A stretch of 64,000 nt of DNA from a bacterium (lineage in GTDB: Bacteria > UBA8248). The stretch lies in the NCBI GenBank assembly GCA_965221165.1, contig CBDCRP010000003.1:1216001-1280000 (forward strand), read 5' to 3'. Below, in pieces: positions 52,961-64,000 of this stretch; the first letter of the stretch is position 1; the number at the start of each line of letters is the position of its first letter. The translations under genes and the position numbers were made by a program. The notes under the pieces are model-generated. The model saw nothing but the letters and a program-made list of their open reading frames with translations, was not told the origin of the DNA and searched no databases.

Positions 52961-55900
52961 TCACAGGCCCTCCTCCACCGACAGCGTGTAGGTTCCGACA
53001 ACGGTGCTCCAGGCGCCGGCCTCGATGTAGTAGGTCCCGGCTTCGTCCGGCGTGAACGCCAGGCGGCTGTTGAGGGCCTGACCGCCGTTGTCGTCCGGCG
53101 TGCCCGGGACCAGGTTCCCGTCCGCGTCGTACACCCCGCGCAGATAGGGGTCGGAAAGCGTGCCGCCATGGGTCGGGCTGCCCTCGAGATCGATCCGGTA
53201 GGCGGTTCCGGCTTCCAGCGTCACCGCATACCAGTCCCGGTCGCCCGCGGTCTCGACCTCGCCCGCGACCGAGCCGCCCACAGCGACGGCGCCCGCCGTC
53301 GTCGTGTCGGCAGCGAGGTCGGCCGGCGCTTCGACCGCCGGCTCTTCGGTCACCAATAGCGTGTAGGTCCCGACATGGGAGCCGCGGGCGCCGGCCGATA
53401 TGTAATAGGTCCCGGACGCGTCCGGCGTGAACGCCACGCGGCTGTTGAGGAACACCCCGTCGTCGTCGTCCAGCGTGCCCGGGACCAGGTTCCCCTCGGC
53501 GTCGTACACCCCGCGCAGATAGGGGTCGGCAAGCGTGCCGCCGTCGATCGCCCAGCCGGTCGCCAAGCCGGTCGCCCAGCCCTCCAGATCGATCCGGTAG
53601 GCCGTCCCGGCTTCCAGCGTCACCGCGAACCAGTCCCGGTCGCCCGCGGTCTCGATCTCGCCCGCGGCCGAGCCGCCGACCGCGACCGCGCCGGCCGTGC
53701 CGGTATCGTCCGTGAAATCGTCCGGCGCTTCGGGCGCCGGCTCCTCGGTCACCGACACCGTGTAGGCGCCGCTACCGGAGCCGGCGGCGCCGGCCGATAT
53801 GTAATAGGTCCCGTCCGCGTCCGGCGTGAACGCCAGGCGGCTGTTGAGGAACACCCCGCCGTTGTCGTCCAGCGTGCCCGGGACCAGGTTCCCCTCGGCG
53901 TCGTACACCCCGCGCAGATAGGGGTCGGGAAACATGACGGCGTCGGTCTCCCAGCCCTCCAGATCGATCCGGTAGGTCTTGCCCGCCTCCAGCGTCACCG
54001 CGAACCAGTCCCGGTCGCCCGCGGTCTCGATCTCGCCCGCGACCGAGCCGCCGACCGCGACGGCGCCCGCCGTCGCCGTGTCGGCCGCAAGGTCGTCCGG
54101 CGCTTCGTTCACGGGCGGTGCGGCCACCGGCGCTTCGACCGCCGGCGCTTCGGTCACCGACAGCTTGTAGGTCCCGAACCAGGAGAGGTAGGCGCCGGCC
54201 GATATGTAATAGGTCCCGGACGCGTCCGGCGTGAACGTCACCCGGCTGTTGTAGCGCTCGCCGCCGTCGTCGTCCGTCGTGCCCGGGACCAGGTTCCCGT
54301 CCGGGTCGTACACCCCGCGCAGATAGGGGTTGTGAAGCGTGCCGCCGCCGGTCTCCCAGCCCTCGATATCGATCCGGTAGCTCGTCCCGGCTTCCAGCTT
54401 CACCGCGTACCAGTCCCGGTCATGCGCGGTTTCGAGCGCGCCCGCGGCCGAGCCGCCGACCGCGACGGTCAGCTGCGCCGTCGTGCGTGTCGGCCGCGTA
54501 ACGTCCGCTCTTCGTTCTCCGCGGTGCCGACGTCAGTTCCCGGTCACCGACAGCGTGTAGGTGCCGATCGTACTCTCCACGGAGGTCACTGGGCGCCGGC
54601 CGATATGTAATACGTGCCCGTCCGCGTCCGGCGTGAACTCCACCCGGCTGTCGGTGCCCTGACCGCCGTCGTCGTTCAGCGTGCCGGGGATCAGGTTCGC
54701 CGTTCGCGTCATAGACCCCGTGCAGCTCGGGGTCGAACAAGCGTGCCGTTCGGCCGGAATCAGCAGGCCCTTGAGATCGATCCGGTAGGTCGTGCCCGCC
54801 TCCAGCGTCCACCGCGAACCAGTCGCGGTCAAGCCCGCGGTGTCGATTTCGCCCGTGCAACCGATCCGTCGACCGCGACCGTGCCGCCCGTGCCTGTATC
54901 GGCCGTGACATCGGGCCGCAAGGTGCGGCCACCGGCTGTTTCGTTCACAGGCGGTGCGATTACCAGCGGTGTAGCCATCCGGCTACTTCGTGCGCCAGCT
55001 CCTCGGTCACCGGTACCTAGTAGGGTCCGACATACGATTGGCGGGTGCCGGCCGCGATGAAGTAGGTCCCGTCCGCGTCCGGCGTGAAATGACGGCGGCT
55101 GTTGTAGCCCGTGCCGCCGTCGTCGTCCAGCGTGCCAGCGATAAGGGTTCCGCTCGCACTGTGGATACCCCGCAGATACGGGTCCAGCAATGTGCCATCG
55201 CCGGTGAAGCTGCCCTCGAGATCGATCCGGTAGGTCTTGCCCGCCTCCAGGGTCACCGCGAACCAGTCCTGGTCGAACCCGTAATCGATCTCGCCCGTGG
55301 CCGAGCCGCCGACCGCGACGGCACCCGTCGTCGCCGTATCGGCCGTGAAGTCGTCCGGGGGATCGACCGCGACATCGGCGACCGACACCATGTAGGTGCC
55401 CTCGCCGTACATATTGGTGCCCACCGCCACATAGTAGGTCCCGTCCGCGTCCGGCGTGAACTCCAGGCGGGCGTTGCGGCCCACGCCGCCGTTGTCGTTC
55501 GACGTAAGACCCGGGAGGCGGTTTCCGTTCGCATCGTAGATGCCGTAGAGCAAAGGGTCGCGCCAACTGCCGGCGCCGGTTGGACCGCCCTCCACATCGA
55601 TCCGGTAGGTCTTGCCCGCCTCCAGGGTCACCGCGAACCAGTCTTTATCGCTGTGGGTTTCGATCTCGCCGATGGCCGAACCGCCGACCTCGACCCTGCC
55701 GGTCGTGCGGGTATGGGCGCCGAAATCGTCCGTGACCGTGGAGGGAGGACGCGGCACCTCTTTCAGCGATATCCTGTAGGTGCCGTCGTAGATGTTCCAG
55801 TCGGCGCCGACGGTCGCGTAATACTTCCCGTCCCGCGACGGCGTGAACTCCATCCACTCGTTAAGGCCCTCGGCCAAGGATGATCTTGGTTCTCGTCCCG

Positions 55901-58900
55901 ATCCGATGATAAGGCGGGCGCCGTTCGCGTCGAAGATCCCCCCCAGATAGGGATCCCACCACGTGCCTCTGCGGGTCGACCATCCCTCCAGATCGATCTC
56001 ATACATTGTCCCGGCTTCGAGAGTCATTTCGAACCAGTCGTGATCGCCGGGGGTTTCGATCTCCCCGGTGACCGAGCCGCCCACCGCTAGCCTGCCGGTC
56101 GTTCCGGTGTCGGCCGTGAAGTCGTCCGCGTTGTAGTCGCCGGCCGGGATCTCGGTTACCTTGAGGGTGTAGGTGCCGCGCCGCCACGGATGAGCGGCCG
56201 CCGCCACGTAGTAGGTCCCGGACGCGTCCGGCGTGAACGCCACCCAGCTATTCAAACCGGCGCCGCGGTCGTTGTTCGCCGTGCCGGGAATGAACGTTCC
56301 GTCCGCGTCGTAAATCCCGTGCAGGTTGGGGTCCCACAAGCTGCCGCCACCGCTATGCTCGCCCTCGAGATCGATCCGGTAGGTCTTGCCCGCTTCCAGG
56401 GTCACCGCGAACCAGTCCTGGTCGCCGAAGGAGTCGATGTCCCCGCGGGCCGAACCGCCGGCCTCGACCCTGCCAGTCGTTCCGGTGTCGGCCGTGAACT
56501 CGTCGGTGATCTCATCGACCTCGATCGAGTAATGGCCGCCGTTGCCGCCGGCGCCGGAGGCCTCCACATAGTAGAGCCCGGTCGCGTCCGGCGCGAACTC
56601 CACCTTTCTGAGGAAGGGCCCGCTGTAGACGCCCGCCGTGCCGGGGATGAAGGCGCCATCCGCGTCGTAAATCCCGAGCAGCTCGGGGTGAACCAACTTC
56701 GGGATGCCCCACTCGGGGGTAAACAGGATCCCAAGAGCGATCTCGTAGGTCTTGCCCGCCTCCAGGGTCACCGCGAACCAGTCGCGGTCGCCCGCGTATT
56801 CGATATTGCCCCTGGTCGCGCCTTCGACCTCGACCGTGCCGGTCGTGCCGGTATCGGCCGCGAAATCGTCAGCGAGATCCGTCACCCTCAGCGTGTAGGT
56901 GCCTTGACCGCGGCGGCTGGCGCCCGCCACCACATAGTAGGTGCCGTCCGCGTCCGGCGTGAAGTCCAGGCGGCTGTTGTGTCTGAAGCCGCCGTTGTAG
57001 CGCGTCGTGCCGGGGATGAGGGCGCCATCCGGGTCGTGAATCCCTAAGATGTAAGGGTTATACAAGGAGCCGCTGTGGGTCGCGGAACCCTCGAGATCGA
57101 TCCGGTAGGTCCTGCCCGCCTCCAGGGTCACCGCGAACCAGTCGCGATCGCCGTCGGTTTCGATCTCGCCCCGGGCCTGGACGGTGGCCGCGAACCTGCC
57201 GGTGGTGTCCATATTGGCCGGGAAATCGTCCCGAGGTCGTTCGACCGGCGCCGTGACGTCGTCCGGAACTTCTTCGACCGAGACCCTGTAGGTGCCTTCG
57301 TAGCGGTCGCCATGGGAGGCTGCCTCCACATAGTAGGTCCCGGTCTCGCCGGGCGTGAACTCCACCCGGCTGTCGGTGCCGCTACCGCCGCGATAGTTCG
57401 CCGTGCCGGGAATGAGGGTTCCGTCCCCGTCGTAGATCCCGCGCAGATAGGGGGCCCGCAACGAGCCGTTACCGGCGGACGCACCCTCGAGATCGATCCG
57501 GTAGGCCTTGCCCGCCTCCAGGGTCACCGCGAACCAGTCGCGGTCGCCGCGGGCGTCGATCTCGCCCCGGGCCGAGCCGCCGGCCGCGACCGCGCCGGTG
57601 GTGTCCGTGTCCGCCGTGAAGTCGTCCGTGATGTCTTCGACCGAGACCGTGTAGGTGCCTTCGTAGCGGCCGCCATGGGAGGCTGCCTCCACATAGTAGG
57701 TCCCGGTCTCGCCGGCGGTGAACTCCACCCGGCTGCCGGTGCCCCGGCCGACGCCGTAGTTCGTCGTGCCGGGAATGAGGGCTCCGTCCCGGTCGTAGAT
57801 CCCGCGCAGGTAGGGGTCGCGCAACGAACCGCTGCCGGTGGACGCACCCTCGAGATCGATCCCGTAGGATTTCCCCGCCTCCAGGGTCACCGCGAACCAG
57901 TCGCGGTCGCCGTCGGTTTCGATCTCGCCCCGGGCCGAGCCGCCGACCGCGACCGTGCCGACGGTGTCGGTAGCCGCCGTGAAGTCGTCCGGAATTTCTT
58001 CGACCGAGACCTTGTAGGTGCCTTCGCCGGTCTGTTGGAAGAACGGGTCGGGATAGGAGCCTGGTTCCACATAGTAGGTCCCGGACTCGCCGGCGGTGAA
58101 CAAGACGCGGACGGGATCTACTACGCCGTAGCCGGTGCCATGTTTCGTCGTGCCGGGAATGAGGGTTCCGGACGCATCGTAGATCCCGCGCAGGTAGGGG
58201 GTGTTCAACGAGCCTTCGCCGGTGGACACTCCCTCGATATTGATCCAGTAGTATTTCCCCGCCTCCAGGGTCACCGCCAACCAGTCGCGGTCGCCGCGGG
58301 TTTCGATCTCGCCCCGGGCCGAGCCGCCGACCTCGATCGTGCCGGTGGTGTCCGTATCCGCCGTGAAGTCGTCCGTGACGTCATCGACCAGGACCATATA
58401 GGTGCCGCTCGCCTGGCCTGCCCCAAGCCAATAGATGCCCACCTCCACATAGTAGGTTCCGGACTCGCTGGCCGTGAACGTTAGCTGGGGATCTCCTCCT
58501 CTGCCGCTGTTCTCATCCCTCGTACCGGGGAGGAGGGCTCCGTCCGCATCGCGGATCCCGTGAAGAATGGTATACCGCAACGTACCGCGGCCGGTCGCAA
58601 CTCCCGCGACATCGATCCGGTAGGTCCTGCCCGCCTCCAGGGTCACCGCGAACCAGTCGCGGTCGGAAGGGTAGCCGATCTCGCCCGCGGCCCAGCCGTC
58701 GACCGCGACGGCGCCCGTCGTCGTCGTGTCGGCCGCAAGGTCGGCCGGCGCTTCGGCCGGCGGTGCGGGCGCCGGCAATTCGGTCACCGACAGCCTGTAG
58801 GTTCCGATACGGGTGATCCAGGCGCCTCCGGCCGCGATGTAGTAGGTCCCGTCCGCGGCCGGTGTGAACTCCACCCGGCTGTTGTAGCCCACGCCGCCGT

Positions 58901-59141
58901 TGTGGTTCGTCGTGCCCGGGATCAGGTTCCCGTCCGCGTCATACACCCCGCGCAGGTAGGGGTCGCCAAGCGAGCCGGCGCCGGTTGATCTGCCCTCGAG
59001 ATCGATCCGGTAGGTCTTGCCCGCCTCCAGGGTCACCGCGAACCAGTCCTGGTCTCGCCAGGTTTCGATCGCGCTCGTGGTCGAGCCGCCGACCGCGACC
59101 GCGCCCGTGGTGGACGTGCTTGCCGAGTAATCGTCAACCAT
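52961..59141 (-). CDS. Giant tandem-repeat protein of ~16 PPC-like beta-sandwich domains; frame broken at ~54400-55020
   Basis: Unit of ~125 aa: DDFTADT.TTG.V.VGGS..GEIE..GDRDWFAVTLEAG.TYRIDLEG...PYLRGIYD..G...FTP...GTYY...GTY.; ORFs 55017-59141 and 52961-54403. Confidence 0.85.
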
Positions 59142-59357
59142 GATGCGTCTCTCCTGTAAATGAATAGGAATAAGCCAAAAACAACTCGCCTCAAGAGGTT
59201 CGACGGAACAGGACCGGTGTTCTGGAGGAGCTCGCCCGGGGCGGGCGGGATACAGGCGCTCTCAAGGCGCGCTCCTCCTCTGTAATCCGTCTCTCGTGTG
59301 TTGCTATTCTTTGAGTCTACAAGTTAAATGACCGTTCAGTCAAGTCCTCCCGCATCG

Positions 59358-60190
59358 GGGTTGCTGAAAAACCCCCGATTCCGTGGTTCGGCGTATGGAT
59401 GTTTTCGCCCGAGACGGGGAGGTCGCCGGATGTCGGGACGCAAGAGGCGCGCCCGGCCGGATTTGTTCATCACCGTGTTCTCGACCTCGGCCGGCTGCGC
59501 GAGGAGGTGGCGGACTGCTATTGCGCGGAGGGCGGTCGTCCGGGGGTCGACCCGGAGGTGGCCAAGGCCGAGGTCTGCACGTGGATGCCTCTTTGGTTCG
59601 CGCGGACGTGAGTTGGGGGAGCCTGGTGGAGGGTCGCGTGGACGAGGAGATGCGGGAGAACCCCGGCGAGGAGGAGGCCGGGGCGGCAAGCCGGCGAAGG
59701 TGAGCCGCACGGACCCGGACGCGAGCCTGGCGACTCTGGCGAGCAACCGGCGGCCCGAGCCGAGCTACAAGCGGCACGCGTATGTGGACGACGCGAGAGG
59801 GGTCGTGCTCGACGTCGCGGTGACGGGGGCGGCGGTCTCGGGCTACGCCTGCTCCAAGGTCTACGGGGTTCTGGAGCGGACGGGCGTCGCCGCGCTCATC
59901 CCAGCGAAGAGAGAACCCTCGCAGAGCAGGGTCCCCTTGCGTCGGTTCCGCTACGACGCGCGGAACGACGTCTTGAAGTGTCCGCGTGGCAAGACCTTGA
60001 GTCCCATACGGGGCGCCGCCGGGCGGGGACGCTCGTTCCGTTCCATGACCCGTGACTGCGCGCGGTGCGGCGCGGTCTCGACAACATGAAGATACAAGCC
60101 TGCCTGACGGCCGCGGTGATCAACCTCAAGCGGCTCGCCGCCGCCCTTGTGGCGCTGCTGTGGGCCATCCAGACGGACCGGGCCGACGGT
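59358..60190 (+). pseudogene. Degraded IS1182-like transposase
   Basis: GGGTTGCTGAAAAA end; SRTDPDASLA, YKRHAYVDD, FRYDARNDVLKCP, QACLTAAVINLKRL. Confidence 0.7.
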
Positions 60191-60224
60191 AAGCGCCGGC
60201 TGCGTGTCCATCGCGCCCGGACGG

Positions 60225-60375
60225 GTCGGTCGCGCGCCGTGGAGTTGAAAACCCCGTTTCGCCAGATCGATGCCGATGATGTAGACTTGTTCCATGGATT
60301 CCCCTCCTGCAGGGCGGTAAGCGACGCCATCCTGCCACAGTTTGATACTGCCGGGAGGGCGCGTCCACCCCATTG
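60225..60375 (-). pseudogene. Third IS1111-group left end with tnp 5' fragment
   Basis: CAATGGGGTGGACGCGCCCTCCCGGCA; MEQVYIIGIDLAKRGFQLHGAR. Confidence 0.8.
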
Positions 60376-61765
60376 CGGTAGGGACGCCGGTTGCCCCGCT
60401 CCCCCCGCCCAGATCCGGACGTGCCCGCTCAGGCATCCGGCTCCTCCCTCGGGTTGCGCCCACGCCGGCTCTGACGGCAAAACGCCGGTTCGGCCACGGG
60501 TGTCTGATTTCCAGCCTGGGCCAGTGTCGCGCTGTCAGTCGCGCGATGCCGGCCCATGTGGAGTGATCCTTCTGCGACCTTCGCCTCAGGACAAGGAGCC
60601 ACATTCGCTTCAGACGGAGGACAAAGCGTTGCAGATACCGGTAGGCCGTTGGGACGGCGAAATAGTTCAGCCATCCATCAACCACCTTTCCCAGCCATTG
60701 CGCCGTGTCCCTGACACTCTCGTGCATCCGTCTGCGCAGCATCTCCTTGATCCGCTTCAGGGTGCGAGCCATCCGCTTCGCCACCGGCTTGCGCCCCAAC
60801 TGGAATTTGCCTTGTTCCCCGGTCTTCGTGCAGTAGTGCGTGAAGCCCAGGAAGTCGAAGGTCTCCGGTCTGTCGCGCTGCCCTCTTTGGCGACGACGCT
60901 CGATGGCGAACCGCCCGAACTCCATGAGCCGGGTCTTGTCGGGGTGTATCTCCAGTCCGAAGCTTTCGAACCGCTCCTTCACGGCGCTCAGGAACCGCTC
61001 CGCGTCCCGTTTGTGCTGAAAACCCACCACGAAGTCGTCGGCGTAGCGAACGATGATTGCGTCGCCTTCGACCTCACGGCTGCGCCACTTCTTCTGGAAC
61101 CACAGGTCGAGGACGTAGTGCAGGTAGACGTTCGCCAGAATCGGTGAGACCACCGAGCCTTGCGGCGTTCCCCGCAGGTCGTCCCGCCACTCTCCAGCCT
61201 CCATGACGCCGGCTTTCAACCACTTGATGATGAGCCTGATGACCCGCTTGTCCGCGATGCGGTGCTCGAGGAAGCGCACCAGCCACTCCCTCGATACCGT
61301 GTCGAAGAATGCGCGTACGTCAATGTCCACCACCCAGTCGATTTTGCGCCGTTTTATCCCGGTCGCAAGCGCGTCGAGCGCATCATGCGCCCCGCGCCCG
61401 GGCCGGAACCCGTAGCTGAACCCCAGGAACTCCGCCTCGTATATCGGCGTCAGGATAATCTCCGTCACGGCCTTTTGGACGATCTTGTCCTCGATGGCCG
61501 CGACGCCGAGCGGTCGTGTCCCGCCGTCCGGCTTCGGGATATTCACCCGCCTTGACGGCGTCGCCCGGTACGCTCCCGAGTGCACGCGCTCGTGCAGGTC
61601 GGCCAGTCGGCCTTCCAGCCCTTCCGCGTACATCCGCCACGTCACCCCGTCCGCGCCTGCCGCAGCATTCCTCTTCAACTCGAAGAAGGCCCAGCGCAGC
61701 GCATCGACCGTGACGTGGTGGAGGAGCGCCGTCAGACGCTCCCGTGGCTCCCGCCCAACGAATTG
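60372..61765 (-). mobile_element. 5'-truncated group II intron: RT/maturase plus domains V-VI
   Basis: IPKPDGGTRPLG, SYGFRPGR, GTPQG, RYADD, FDFLGF, domain X; DV GAGCCGGATGC..GCACGTCCGGATC and DVI ending CCCTACCGCAAT. Confidence 0.88.
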
Positions 61766-62275
61766 TCGTAGCGGAACAGGCGCATCGGAACCCGGCTCTG
61801 GGAAGGTTCCCGCTTCGCCGGTATGTGCGCATCCACGCCCCAACGCTCCAACGCGCCGTAGACCTTCGAATACGCGTAGCCCGAATCCGCCGTCACCATC
61901 ACGGGCTTGTGACCCGATAACTCGCAAACCGTGGGGCAGCCCCGAGGAGGGGCTGCCACCAACTGGGGTTCCATCATCTCCCGCTCGTTCAGCGTCCCCT
62001 CCGTCACCGCCACGTCGAGAACCACCCCGCGCTCATCGTCCACCACCGCGTGCTGCTCCTAGCTCGGCTCGAACCCCACGCGTCCGCTCCTGCGCGCAAG
62101 ACGCGCGTCCGGGTCCGTCCGGCTCACCTGACCCGGACCCCCACCTCGGCGGCCACGCCCCTTCTTTTCAGGCTTATCCTCCGAGGCGTTCTCCCGAATC
62201 ACCTCGTTCGCGTGACGCTCCGCCAGACTCTCCCAACTCACGTCCGCACGGATCAAGGAAGCGTCCACGTGAACT
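61766..62275 (-). pseudogene. Second IS1182-like transposase fragment, inverted relative to the first
   Basis: DASLIRADVSWESL, VSRTDPDA, VDDERGVVLDVAVT, TADSGYAY, PAKREPSQSRVP. Confidence 0.7.
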
Positions 62276-62491
62276 ACTTCCCCCTTGTCCGGACGACTAC
62301 CGTACGAACGGATGCGCGTGAGTTGTAATGAGTCCGCTTTCGAGTTGATTACGTATTCGGATGGGGAGCTTCAGGAAAAGACTGATGCAGCATAACCCAC
62401 TGAATTAATACAAGTTATTCTGTGTTCTTGAATACTGGAAATTCCCTTGCCTCTAAGACGAACAAAGGCGATAATCCGTTATCCACCAACG

Positions 62492-62560
62492 GTAGGGGAC
62501 GCATATATGCGTCCCTGCCTTTCTCTCCCAAAACAAGGGTCACATATATGCGACCCCTAC
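62492..62560. repeat. Inverted pair of GTAG-type REPs
   Basis: GTAGGGGACGCATATATGCGTCCC and GGGTCACATATATGCGACCCCTAC. Confidence 0.75.
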
Positions 62561-62721
62561 ACAGAGAGGCGCAGGCTACTCACTTCAAAGGATCAATCCC
62601 GACCTCTACGAAGGCAATGGTGAGTGAGACCGAGTTCGAAGAAGCGGCGGACGGACGACCCGGGGGATTACCCGCGAAACTCCGGGAAGCGAGGTTCATG
62701 GGAGTTCCGACGGGGGATTTT

Positions 62722-64000
62722 CTACACGAACAAGAGCCCGTACCGATACCGCCTGTCGATTCCCCAGGCCATGCACAGGGAAAACCCGACCAGGAGCGCG
62801 AGCCCGCCCGCCTGTTCCCAGGTGCCTACCAGCAGCGCACCGAGGAGGAACATCAAGGCGAAAACGAATACGCTCAGAGCCAGCCAGAGGCCCGCGAGGG
62901 CGAATACGGGTGCCGAGCGCGCATCCGGCCCGCGCACCCGCCCCCATGCGCCCGGGGGCCGCACCTTTTTCCAGAAATTCTTCAGGACCTCCACCTTCAC
63001 GGGCCTCGTGATGAAAGTAGCGACCATCATCACCACGAAGCCGACGCCCACTTCCGCAGCCAGCAATACGGGAAACGAGGGAGGCTTATCGCCCAGATGG
63101 AGATAAACGGCCGTGGCGCCTGCGGCCAGCATCCCCGATATCTCCGTCCAGGCGTTCGTCCGCCACCACAGCCAGCGCAGAATCACCGGAAGGCCGAGGC
63201 CGGCCCCCAGAGAGATGTTGAACTTCCACGCCCACTCCAAACTGCTTATCTGCGCCGCCACGGCGAACGCGCAGAGCGACATGGCCAGAACGCCCAGGCG
63301 GCCGACCAGGACGACTTCGCGCGCTCCCGCTTTTTTCCGGACGAAGCGCGCATACACGTCGTTCACCAGATAGCTCATCCCCCAGTTCAAATGGGTATCC
63401 ACCGTGCTCATGAACGCGCCCAGAAGACCCATCATCACCAGACCGAGAACCCCCGCCGGCAGGAGGTGACTCATGAGCAGGGGATACGCCGCCTCCCTGT
63501 CGGCCAGAATCTTGGCCTCCATCGTGCCGGGCAGGGCGTCCATGCCCTTGGGCACCAGAATCAGGCTCACCAGGCCGATGAGTATCCAGGGCCAGGGCCT
63601 CAGGACGTAGTTTCCCACCGTGAAGAGAAAAGCGCCCGCCTGGGCGTCTTTGGGCGTTCGCGCCGAGCACAGCCTCTGGCCGATGTAGCCACCGCCGTCG
63701 GCGTTGTTGTGCGCCCACCAGACAACGAACAGGTATATGAGGATAACCTGCGCCCCCGCCCATCCCGCGCCCTCGGGCGGGAAGAAGGAGAGGATGTCCG
63801 CAGCGCCCTCGGCTCCGTATATTTCTCCTAATTTCGCGCTCATGCCCGACAGTCCGCCCACGGCCTCCACGGCGTACCAGGCGAACAGGCAACTGCCCGC
63901 CATCGCGATGACGAACTGGAAGAGATCGGTGAGCATGACGCCGCGAATGCCGCCCGCGCTCGAATAAACCGCTATCATCAAGACGAGAAGAGCGACCGTT
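62722..64000 (-). CDS. Sodium:solute symporter family protein (5' end outside the window)
   Basis: YSSAGGIRGVMLTDLFQF, QRLCSAR, AFMSTVDTHLNWG, WWRTNAW. Confidence 0.9.
   Translation of the reverse strand, partial: TVALLVLMIAVYSSAGGIRGVMLTDLFQFVIAMAGSCLFAWYAVEAVGGLSGMSAKLGEIYGAEGAADILSFFPPEGAGWAGAQVILIYLFVVWWAHNNADGGGYIGQRLCSARTPKDAQAGAFLFTVGNYVLRPWPWILIGLVSLILVPKGMDALPGTMEAKILADREAAYPLLMSHLLPAGVLGLVMMGLLGAFMSTVDTHLNWGMSYLVNDVYARFVRKKAGAREVVLVGRLGVLAMSLCAFAVAAQISSLEWAWKFNISLGAGLGLPVILRWLWWRTNAWTEISGMLAAGATAVYLHLGDKPPSFPVLLAAEVGVGFVVMMVATFITRPVKVEVLKNFWKKVRPPGAWGRVRGPDARSAPVFALAGLWLALSVFVFALMFLLGALLVGTWEQAGGLALLVGFSLCMAWGIDRRYRYGLLFV

Larger units (their letters stand above)
16420..62480. mobile_element. 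Composite genomic island (boundaries approximate)
   Basis: Starts with tandem integrases; abrupt GC swings; many IS, intron and integrase remnants; core genes on both sides; no att repeat identified. Confidence 0.7.

Noticed and set aside
52961-61765. Diversity-generating retroelement (RT next to a variable repeat protein)
   Set aside because: The RT has maturase domain X and intron domains V/VI. I saw no TR/VR pair with adenine-only mismatches and no avd-like gene, and the loop variation includes length changes.
59951-61927. The 658-aa ORF as a genuine novel RT-transposase fusion
   Set aside because: Both ends are demonstrably IS debris and intron RNA read through; there is no native start or RBS.
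210-63967. Numerous long antisense or overlapping ORFs in the track (e.g. 1530-2507, 18177-19610, 57075-58484, 62422-63831)
   Set aside because: Shadow frames of high-GC genes with no recognisable motifs.

Overview
Bacterial genomic window (high-GC core; lineage not determinable with certainty). Positions 1-16.3 kb are housekeeping: rplK-nusG-secE-tRNA(Trp)-tuf-4 tRNAs, rlmB, cysS, ispDF, PIN/TRAM, moaC, dcd, PpiC, a Ca/Na antiporter and others, ending in an OsmC-family gene with an in-frame UGA and SECIS-like hairpin (likely selenoprotein). About 16.4-62.4 kb is a mosaic genomic island with tandem tyrosine integrases, plasmid leading-region genes (ssb, DUF4326-like, DUF2493-like), defence-like nucleases and a His-Xaa-Ser radical-SAM cluster whose precursor carries a peptidoglycan-binding domain. 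The island also holds several alpha/beta-hydrolases, an intact IS66-family element carrying a DUF4338/DruA-like gene, IS1111-type elements inserted at IS256-like termini, a ~16-repeat PPC-domain giant gene with hypervariable loops, and a truncated group II intron among IS1182-like debris. A sodium:solute symporter resumes the core at the right edge. GTAG-type REP palindromes flank the island, and a 24-bp hairpin-forming mini-insertion recurs inside REPs and inside an IS gene. All family calls are by eye from motifs; no database searches were run.
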